In this document: positions 25,201 to 33,533 of the stretch, one piece after another | How positions within the stretch are numbered: position 1 is the first letter of the stretch | How the letters are laid out: every line of letters begins with the position of its first letter | NCBI GenBank assembly: GCA_025786725.1 | Contig: JAHLTZ010000010.1 | Coordinates: forward strand, 248,001-312,000 | Source: Syncephalis fuscata S228 | Lineage: Eukaryota; Fungi; Zoopagomycota | Reading direction: 5' to 3' | Length of the DNA stretch: 64,000 nucleotides | Notes under the pieces: model-generated | Told to the model about the DNA's origin: nothing | The model's input: the letters and a program-made list of their open reading frames with translations, nothing else | Databases searched by the model: none | Translations under genes and position numbers: made by a program

Positions 25201-28200
25201 CTCCGTTCTCTCGTTGCATAGTGTTTGTGTACTTGTATATGTCTGGGTACTGTCTTCTCCAGACATCGACCATACTTCTTGTTGCCATCAGATACTCCAG
25301 CATACTTGACTCTGCTCTTGTATCTGTGTACCCTTGTCGGTCCAGCCATGGCTGTGGGACGGCGTTGAAGTCGCCTCCTATCACTACTTCTGCTCTTTTC
25401 TGGCGCGCTTGATCCACCCATTTCTTCAACTCGGTCAGCATGCGATTGGCTGCACTCGGATTGCTTCTTCCCTTGTTTGTTGGGTACAGAAGCCCGACTA
25501 CCAGCAGTCCCCTTTCCCGGAATGCCAGTCGTATGCCAATCATTCTGTTGTTTACTGTGACTACTTCTTGTATGTGCTTCTCCCACTCAACCTTTATCAG
25601 TATTGCTACTCCATAAAAGTTTGCGTGGCCTCTTTGTGTTGACCTTTCTGGCGCACCTGCCGTCTTTAGGATATATCTACCTTTGATTCCAGTTTTGTTA
25701 GCTATTTCTTTTTCTATACTTTCCGTCCAACGCGTTTCAGTTAGTATTATAAAATCTAAGTCCAGCTTATTCAACGCTGTCCATAGTAGGTCCATCTTGC
25801 TGCCTGTTGTTGCCCCTGTGACGTTCCAGTGTATAAATCTCATTTTCTCCGGTCCTGGCCTCCGTTCTCTATAAAAGTTAGAACTTGTACCCACAAAGAG
25901 CTGGCTAGTGTCCCTGTAGTCGTTATTTGATCTATTATTGGGTCTATTATTATTAGTACTATTTAATGTATTGATATTATTTAATGTATTAATATTATTA
26001 TTCATTTTTTATATTTATTATTTTTTGTCTTATTATTATTTTTAAATGTTTTAAATGTTTTGTTATTCTTATCTTATTATTTTTAAATATATTAATATTT
26101 TTTGTCTTATTATTTAATCTATTCTTTTTTTTTAATGTATTATTATTAATTATCTTATTTTTTGATATACTATTTTTAGTTAATTTCTTTTTGTTATTTT
26201 TCTTATTATTATTCATTGTATTATTATTATTTTTTATCATATTATTCTTGTTATTTATCTTTTTCTTTTCTTATTCTTATTCTTTATGCTATTATTAGTT
26301 CTGGCCGGGCATTTCTGCCTGACTCCACTTACTCTGCCCTGCCCCCATTGCTTGACTTGTTGGACTGTTGACTGCAAACGTGTTTATACTCATTTGCGTT
26401 GTCTTTTTTGGCTTTAGTTGTCCCAGCTGCTTTAGTCGTTCAGCTGGTGTGTGCGTCGCATCGTCCATTTCCATGTCGTTTTCATTGCTGTAGTCTTCTT
26501 CTGTTTGGTGTTGACTTGTCATCTCTACGTCTTCTCCGTCTTCTACCTCTACCTCTCCCTCTTCTCTCTCTCCCATTGCTGGCTCATCTTCCAGCGCCAT
26601 TCCTTCTTCCATGTCACACACCATTGTCTCTACTGCTCCTTCTTCCGGCTTTTTGGCCGCTGCCGCTACTATGGCTAGCTGCTTCGCTGTCTTCTCTAGC
26701 TCTTCCGTTTGGCGTCGCGTTTTCACACCCCCGCTAGCTAGATTTATTCCTGCTACTGGTCTTGTCTTTCTTTGTCTTCCCTTCTTTGCTGGTGGTGGTA
26801 ACTCTTGTTCTTCTTGTTGTTCTTGTTCTTCTTCTACTACTACTACTGCTACTGCTACCTCTCCTTCTTCTCTTTCTTCTTCCTCCACCATTTCATTTTC
26901 TTCGTCTTCGTTCACATCTGTTGCTTCTGGCGTTTGCTGTTCTTCTTGTTGTTTTTCGTGTTCAGCTGTCACTGTATTGTTGGCTGGTGCTGTGTTTCTC
27001 TGCTGCCAGCTTCCCGATGTACAGTCAACTGCGATATGTCCCACCATGTGGCACCTAAAGCACGCGTCTCTTCTTCCGATCTTCAGCATCATCGCCCCCA
27101 CTCTTATTCTTGTCGGTATTTTCTTCTCGTCTGTTTCGACTTTACACACTACTATTGGAGACTCTAATACGCAGTCATAGAATCTCTTTTCTAGTCTGTG
27201 TATCGCCCAGACTTTGCTGTTTGGCCCCAATTCTTCTCTTAATTTTTGTGCCACGTGCTCCAACTCTGTTGCCGCGTCCACCCCTATCACTTTCAGTGGT
27301 ATTGGTGCTGGCCCTTCATAGCTTCTTACTTTGATGTGCTCTTCTCCAATATAAAAGCCTTCTCTCACCATCAAGTTTACTTGTTGTTTAGAGAATAAGC
27401 TAAACACATATTCCCCTGCTGCATTATCAATACTGTACTTGATTTTTTTTCCTTCTTTTAATTTCTTAACAATCGCCTGCGCGACTTCTGCTATTCTGTT
27501 AACATTTGTCATCTGTACCCCGATACAATGCTTCAATACTCTTTCCTTTCTTAATTTCTCCGCTTCGCTTTCCATCGTTTTCACAATGTTGTTTGTTACT
27601 TTTTCTGAGTAAAGCTGACGCTGCTGGGTTGTCATTTTTCTTGATGTCTTTTTCTTCTTTTTTCCTTTGAAAAAATATAAATGGAAAGAGTCTTTTAAGT
27701 AATGTGGCGTTGTACATTAGTTGACTATTTACTAACTATATTTTTATTATGCGTACCAACAACTTGCTATATTAGATGGTAATTAGTACTGTATATTAAC
27801 TGATTATACATTAATCATATTCTACCTACTACGTGTATTAAACGATCGATATTAATAGAGGGTAGATAATATTTTATAACAATTGGCTATGCACTGACTA
27901 CATGTTATGCGTTATATCCGCTAAATGACTTTTAGAACTAGATCGTAAGTGGCATTATATATCAATTAAATAGTTATCAATTACATATTATGTGATGCGT
28001 GTATGAATATTTTAATATTAATAGTTGGTAAGTAAAATTGTATTTCATTCAGTTATGCACTAATTACATATTATGTGCCGTGTGTATAAACGAATAAATA
28101 TTAATAGAACGTAAGTGATATTATGCCAATTGGCTATGCGCTAATTACACACTATGTATTGTATGTATCAATAAATCAATGTTAATAGACTGTAAGTACC

Positions 28201-28676
28201 ATTATAAAATAATTTATTATTTGCTAATTATATATTATGTGTTGTGCGTATCAATAACTTAATATTAATAGGCAGTAAGTACTACCACATATTAATTAGC
28301 TATGTGTTAATTATATGCTATGTATTATGTATATTAAAATTTAATGTTATTAGAATGTAAATGATATTGTACAACAGTTAACAATTCACTAAATACGTGC
28401 TTATTATATGTATCAACAACTCAATGTCAATAGGCAGTAAGTGGTAGTGTATATAAACTGGCTATGCACCGATTAAATACTATTTACAATGTGTATTAAT
28501 AGTCTAATATTGATAGAACGTAAGTGATACTGTATATCAAATATTTACGGACCAATTGCATGCTATATATTATGCTTATAAAATTTGATATTAATAGCTG
28601 GTAAGCGATATTTTATATTGTTAATTTATACATTAATTCATACCATGTATTATATGTATCTATAGAAGGACATTAA
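19216..28676 (+). CDS. 26-exon micro-exon gene encoding a 59-aa secreted Cys-containing peptide precursor
   Basis: Exon 1 19216-19309. Micro-exons: ctg 19369-71, gcg 19450-52, ctaaga 19534-39, ggc 19611-13, ccc 19682-84, cat 19759-61, gcg 19842-44, atc 19924-26, ttt 20011-13, ggt 20096-98, gct 20179-81, ctc 20261-63, ctg 20344-46, [LINE in intron 14], atg 27776-78, agg 27859-61, atc 27942-44, ttg 28025-27, aac 28108-10, act 28189-91, gca 28272-74, aat 28354-56, gca 28434-36, aac 28517-19, ctg 28598-600. Last exon 28666-28676. All introns are GT..AG. The 180-nt CDS translates to MRFFIAVVCTLVVAFVAGIIMVDARPDSVRITGAKRPPCDLWCSPDEDLEHCKCKPEGH*. Confidence 0.85.
19310..20366 (+). repeat. Tandem array of ~80-bp intron + 3-nt exon units (left half)
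   Basis: Periodic AATAG-NNN-GTAAGT junctions. From ~19685 on, units share a body like gtaagt-gatattgtatatcaattggctatgcactaattacatgctat...aatattaatag. Confidence 0.92.
20541..22821 (-). CDS. LINE ORF2 C-terminal part: RNase H and C-terminal Cys/His finger
   Basis: RNase H motifs IWTDGS, EAMAI, ITDS and WTRAHVGTRGNELADKEAK; CCRC..ETWRHIVKC. It joins the RT part if one A is added in each of two A-runs near 22835 and 22795. Confidence 0.88.
22822..24279 (-). CDS. LINE ORF2 reverse transcriptase domain
   Basis: KAPGASG, IPIPK, RPITLL, LLDVKRAYDSVSW, GLDQGEVNSPLLW and FADDL motifs. Confidence 0.93.
   Translation of the reverse strand, partial: QLVELAGQLEEHASVDEVKGLKTRLSNQYNREKKKELNEKIRGATMKRNLLFHTDLKEVLKRVLEKNKPLQQITVVQTNDSTIEDRPEEVRRLTRDYFTQWMGARRGTSPLNHPTWSGSYRPIESIDPAIYNGLMEPVGIEEMTAVLKSLPKNKAPGASGVVNEMLQKACGELQQVMAGIITACLQKGDVPTAWKHGVIIPIPKTANWCGDMAQLRPITLLETMRKLYSIIVTRRLQEVMERNGVLQGGNFGFTRGNKTTDFVQVLRAVMDDSICHERGLEVLLLDVKRAYDSVSWHSLECSLRRLKIPEQYIGLLANIFEQRTATVLTAHGQTEVHHPECGLDQGEVNSPLLWLTFYDPLLTKLKDSEHGYVMRSIGNNNTPVKIAHGAFADDLTLLAEDRANLQQLANICRSFFELHDIEVHCGKTIHTAKTSSGKAVNADLQPIRLAEGEVGLVRIVQPPHVPFRILGCWLSLDGYNKQRLM
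24280..24617. mobile_element. Solo LTR (338 bp) nested in LINE ORF2
   Basis: Ends are TGTAAC...GTTACA with a 5-bp TSD AACTG at 24275-24279 and 24618-24622. Removing it restores the in-frame RHPSVTQ-LVELAGQLEE. Confidence 0.9.
24618..26005 (-). CDS. LINE ORF2 N-terminal apurinic-like endonuclease domain
   Basis: HWNVTG, LTETR, GVAILIK, GGDFNA, RLDLFL and STHQPI motifs of EEP/APE endonucleases. Confidence 0.92.
26295..27635 (-). CDS. LINE ORF1 (gag-like, CCHC zinc knuckle)
   Basis: CFRCHMVGHIAVDC knuckle and an acidic low-complexity tail. Lies 5' of ORF2 inside the TSDs. Confidence 0.9.
   Translation of the reverse strand: MTTQQRQLYSEKVTNNIVKTMESEAEKLRKERVLKHCIGVQMTNVNRIAEVAQAIVKKLKEGKKIKYSIDNAAGEYVFSLFSKQQVNLMVREGFYIGEEHIKVRSYEGPAPIPLKVIGVDAATELEHVAQKLREELGPNSKVWAIHRLEKRFYDCVLESPIVVCKVETDEKKIPTRIRVGAMMLKIGRRDACFRCHMVGHIAVDCTSGSWQQRNTAPANNTVTAEHEKQQEEQQTPEATDVNEDEENEMVEEEEREEGEVAVAVVVVEEEQEQQEEQELPPPAKKGRQRKTRPVAGINLASGGVKTRRQTEELEKTAKQLAIVAAAAKKPEEGAVETMVCDMEEGMALEDEPAMGEREEGEVEVEDGEDVEMTSQHQTEEDYSNENDMEMDDATHTPAERLKQLGQLKPKKTTQMSINTFAVNSPTSQAMGAGQSKWSQAEMPGQN
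27704..28665 (+). repeat. Tandem array of ~80-bp intron + 3-nt exon units (right half)
   Basis: Same unit as 19310-20366, resuming exactly after the TSD. Confidence 0.92.
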
Positions 28677-29359
28677 CCGGTACATCCAAGACATTGGAAC
28701 TAGCAGTTCAATCTATTTTAAATAAATATTCGATGCAAAGCAAGATCATTTGGCAAACGTCGTTCAGTTTATTTATATACCAAGTTCCAGCCAATATTTT
28801 GGTTTATTAAACTTTTAATCAATGGCACCATTATATCGCTAAAGTCTGGGTCCAGCTGGGTTTATTCAACTATTCAGAATTTTAGTAATAAATACATGGT
28901 CCCATTTGATTTTATTTGATCAAGCTATCAGCTTCTACCTGTTTTGTAGCAGTCTCTATTTGAGCAATCACAATCGTATTACGGATGGCAAGAGAACACG
29001 TATTATTGGCAGAGTGTGATTGAATCTGGGCGCTGGAAGTAACATAGGAAACGTAGATGGTGTGCCGTGAAGATGGCAAATAATATTTATATATTGAAGC
29101 AATAAATCAATGTAAAATAGCTCATTTTTGTAAGTATTATCAGTAAAATAAACTAAATCAGCATCAATTATCATCAATTTACATGTTTTTAAAACAAATA
29201 ATTTACAGTTAATTGCATATCATTGCACGGCTGTTATTAAATCAGTAATGTATTGCTAAATGGGGATCAGAAATTACAATCGATCACATTTACATGAGGC
29301 GATTATTAAGGTGATTGGAAAACACTAGTACCAATATAGATGCTATTTCGGTGGTAAAT

Positions 29360-30080
29360 CTAAAACATTTGGGATCCTGCAACGGCGAAAAGTGCCATAC
29401 CTGTCAATCCAGTCATGGCCATGCCGATGGTTGTAGCGTCGCTTGTTGCAGCAGCAGGTTTCTTATTATCGCTGCTTGGTTTTGCATTTGAGTCTGGCTT
29501 CTTATCGTTGCTGGGCATTTTTTTGTCGTCTGGCTTTTTGTCTTCATGCTTTTTATCATCGGGTTTCTTGTCATTGCTGCTAGGCTGGCTTCCACCCTTG
29601 CCGTTGACTGAATGAGCATAGATGATATGACAAATTAGTCACTACTATACTTCTACTACGACTTCTACTGTCTAATGAAATAATGCTGTTTAGATTCACT
29701 TACCCTTAAAATCACCGCTGAATAATGGAGAGGATGCACCGTTGACTCGAAGGAACCAAGTGCCGCCCAAGATATCACTAGGAATCTTCCACACTACGTT
29801 GCGGGCATTTGGTGATGCATTGGCCACCTGTAGTACTGAGCTGGAATCGCGACTGACCGCCTCAATTTGAACTTCAGACGACGCATTTGGACTATCGTCG
29901 GTCGTCCAGGTAACGGTTGCCGTACCACCTGGCACGAATGGGCCCATAGGTGTGTTGATCTGGACAATTTCTAGATAGCCGTTAATATTTGTGCTGTTAC
30001 CGGCCGCGATGCAACTTACCAGCCTGGACCGCAGCTGCAGCCATGCCGAGAGCAATTAGAGTAGCACAAAGACGTGTCAT
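29360..30080 (-). CDS. Secreted, probably GPI-anchored Kre9/KNH-like cell-wall protein (3 exons)
   Basis: Signal peptide MTRLCATLIALGMAAAAVQA; beta-rich domain (GGTATVTW...VVWKIPSD); K/D/P-rich linker; hydrophobic C-terminus ...GMALFAVAGSQMF*. Two GTAAGT..AG introns. Confidence 0.8.
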
Positions 30081-31163
30081 TATGGCTAGTATACGCGATT
30101 TGTATCTAGTAGTATATGTGGATGAAATTAGTTATAATGGTATCGATGCGAACAATAAGTGGTCAAGTGGGACTTTATTCTCCTTTGCCATTTCATCGCT
30201 ATATATATACACACACACGTGTATATATATGGTGGTAAAATAGCATAATTATTTAACTGATACATTAGCATAGCCAGGTAACGTTTTAATGCCTTATTAA
30301 AGCTGTTTCCAGGTCATTAATCCTGTGACCATGGCAAATTATTTGCATTTATCGACGCAGCCATTCATTTATCATATATTTACTCAATACTTAAGCTTAC
30401 CTTAGTAACAAAAGTATCAATTTAACCAAATTCAATCAAATTAAATATTATCTGATTAACAACACCACAATGATATATGTCTTGGTCTAAAAGCACAATG
30501 AAGTTTGATGCGCGACAAGTGTTGACGTGAGCGGAGACTAAAAGTAAATCCAATGCTTGCCTGACGATAAAAAGGTATTTGTGCACATGCGGCGCCGGTT
30601 TCTCGTTCTTGACGACCGACAAGTTTCTTTTGTTTTCAGTCAGGGGTAACAATGGATTGTTTACGCCAATGCTATAGACCAAGCACGGACTAATTACTAA
30701 GGGGTGATGATGATGATGACGCTGACACTGCTGCTGCTGGTGGTGGTGGTAATATAACAGTAAAGTGGTGGCAGTGACCGACGTACTAAAGGAGAATCAA
30801 TCTAACTGCAGGAGAATCATTATTGAAGGGGATATCAGCTAAGAAAAAGGAGGCCAATGTTCAAAAGTTAAAATCTATAGAGCGGCGGTAATAACTCGCG
30901 TAATACTCTTATTTATAGTTTATTAAGTTTGTAAGTTATAATTGCTTTTGTAATATACACAACTTTGCCAAATAAATGTGTAAATGTTTTATACAATAAT
31001 ACAATTTTAGGCGTGACTAGTCTATTGTGGGCCATTTTTAGTCGAAATAGCATGCGTCATTGTTAGCGCAATACTGCTTCTTTTTCTATTCTTTGTGGAG
31101 TAATCGTGATTCCAAATTCCATTATACATTGTTCATTAAGATTTGACACTTTTCTTTTTCAAA

Positions 31164-31770
31164 ATGACAGATTCTGAAGGTAGATGCGTTAGACAAGTGT
31201 CATTAGCTTGTGTCTATGTCTATTGACAACTAGTGTAGAAATCCATACAGTGATTGCCTCGCCCTATGCATGGACCGATAATACAGCATGGGAGCTGTTG
31301 GAGCAGCGGTTGATGTAAGACGTGGGATATGGCACATTGTCTAGATGCAAGCAATGCTTATCGCTATTTTGTCGACTTAGGGCGATAGAAGATAATACGG
31401 GCGTTATTATTCTAGTTGATGATGCAACCAAGGTTAGATGCAGTTAGTAAAACAATTGGATGCCAATATGTGTTTGTGTTTATAGTTTGTGGAGATTACT
31501 GGTAAAGACAATGAGGCTGTAAGAAGAGCGTAAGTAGTGTCAATTGGATGTTACAGTAAATAAGAAATGCTTACATGTTATATAGACGTGTCCAAGTTCA
31601 AAATGCCATTAAAGAACTGGTAAGTGCCATTGATGATTGCAAGTCACTATACTAGACAGTTGTCATAATATATATAGAGAGTCCCTGGCGATGATATTGG
31701 CCGATTGGAGGGCGATGACCTGTACAAGTTTATCTCTGCACACCAAGCAATAATTAATGGCGATGTATAA
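31164..31770 (+). CDS. Small multi-exon hypothetical protein, possibly KH-like
   Basis: Manual splice gives MTDSEEIHTVIASPYAWTDNTAWELLEQRLM-AIEDNTGVIILVDDATK-FVEITGKDNEAVRRA-RVQVQNAIKEL-RVPGDD...INGDV* with short GT..AG introns. Confidence 0.65.
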
Positions 31771-32070
31771 TTGTTGCCATAACAAATAAAGCTATATGAT
31801 ATAAAGAGTGCAACAATTTTATTATTGATGCCAGTTACAATGTATTATTAAAATGGCTATCATTGATAGAATATAAATATATTTTATATATATGTGTGTG
31901 GCGTGTGTATGTGTGCAAATGTGTGTGTGAATGAATTACTGTTAGCCAGTTTTCAAAGCGGAATCCGTCAAAACTAGTCCATTGCCTCCACGCCTAACTG
32001 ACGGTCTCACCCTCTTTTCTACAGCACTGCATCAGCCAATTAAGAGGGTCGCGTGCATCCGTCGATCAAC

Positions 32071-33533
32071 ATGAAGGTAAGATAGCTTGTTGTATATGCA
32101 TATACAGTTAACGGGAGGAACGATGGAGGAGAGAATTGCGATTAAAACGATCCAAATGAATCGATGGATGGATGGATGGATATATGAATCGATGGCTTAT
32201 GGATGGATGATAGCTATGACGATGGCAGGTAGAGTTGTTTAGCAGAAGTAATAGAATAAGGAAACAATATTGTTTATTATTCAATATATTGGATGCTGCA
32301 CGGGATGGATGCATAGATGGATGGATAGATGGATAAATGGATGGTTGCTTGTTGAAGACAGTATATACGATAGAAGAAAATTGAACATTGATAATAGTAA
32401 TGCTGGAATCGTGTATAATATATACATACATACATCTACTGTTATTAAAACAATATAATAATTGCTAGTACTATTATACACGCGACTATACTAGAAATAA
32501 TAATACAAAATTATTGTTATCGTTTGTTATTATTATATTTGGAATCGGGAATCTACAATTGAATGTGCTACTAATATTTTTGTTTATAGTTGAATATTGC
32601 CAATCCAGCCACTGGCTGCCAAAAGCTGTTCGATATCGATGATGAGCGCAAGGTGTAAGTAGAATACTGACGGTGTAATATTAAACATATAGACACGGTC
32701 GACAATACGCCAAATAATTATAAACTAATAAAATTTAATAATGCACCTGTTTACATAGTCGCATCTTTTACGACAAGCGCGTCTCGGCTGAAGTTCCCGG
32801 AGACACCATCGGTGATGAGTTCAAGGGATACGTTTTCCGCATTACCGGCGGTAACGACAAGCAAGGTTTCCCCATGAAGCAGGGTGTCTTGTTGCCACAC
32901 CGTGTGCGCCTTCTTCTCTCCAAGGGCCACTCGTGCTATCGCCCACGCCGTACCGGTGAGCGCAAGCGCAAGTCTGTCCGCGGTTGCATTGTCGGCCCAG
33001 ACATGTCCGTCCTCTCCTTGACCGTCGTCAAGCAGGGTGATGCTGACATTCCCGGTCTTACCGACCAAGTCTTGCCAAAGCGTCTTGGACCAAAGCGTGC
33101 CAACAACATTCGCAAGCTCTTTGTAAGTATTTACGCGCATACAATGATTAATTCTCGGTTTATTGACAAATATTTGCGTGCATTAGAACTTGACCAAGGA
33201 TGATGATGTCCGCAAGTACGTTATCCGTCGTGAGGTTCAGCCAAAGAACGCCGAAAAGAAGTCTTACACCAAGGCTCCTAAGGTAATTATAAAGGTGGTT
33301 ATTGGTTATAAATATGCTGACTTTATGGCGAATAGATCCAGCGTTTGGTTACCCCATTGACCCTCCAGCGCAAGCGTCACCGCATGGCATTGAAGGCTCG
33401 CCGCGCCCAGGCCTCCAAGGCAGCAGCTGCTGAATATCAAAAATTGTTGCACTTGCGCATGAAGGAGAAGCGTCAATCGCTTCACAAGCGTCGTGAGGCT
33501 CGTGCTGAGAAGCAGCAGCCTAAGCAGCAATAA
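32071..33533 (+). CDS. RPS6: 40S ribosomal protein S6 (5 exons)
   Basis: [15 protein letters not shown]...[15 protein letters not shown]...[16 protein letters not shown]...KAPKIQRLVTP. Confidence 0.97.

Larger units (their letters stand above)
20367..27703 (-). mobile_element. Full-length non-LTR retrotransposon (LINE; ORF1 + APE-RT-RNase H ORF2) inserted antisense in intron 14
   Basis: 16-bp TSD GTGGCGTTGTACATTA at 20351-20366 and 27704-27719. (AAAAT)n-type 3' tail at 20367-20380. Coding domains are listed below. Confidence 0.95.

Noticed and set aside
20574-27334. Numerous plus-strand ORFs across the LINE
   Set aside because: Antisense shadows of ORF1/ORF2 with no motifs.
19310-28665. CRISPR-like or plain satellite interpretation of the ~80-bp periodic array
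   Set aside because: The context is eukaryotic with no cas genes. The best-conserved positions are spliceosomal signals, and the variable 3-nt parts join into a meaningful ORF.
19369-28676. Reading the triplets in phase 0 (LALRGPHAIFGALLMRILNTANANLKDI...)
   Set aside because: The exon 1 donor (GTATGT at 19310) fixes phase 1. Only phase 1 yields the KR site, four Cys and an immediate stop, and it matches the paralog's stop.
32077-32589. Intronic snoRNA in the long first intron of RPS6
   Set aside because: Only (GATG)n microsatellite seen; no convincing C/D or H/ACA box pair.
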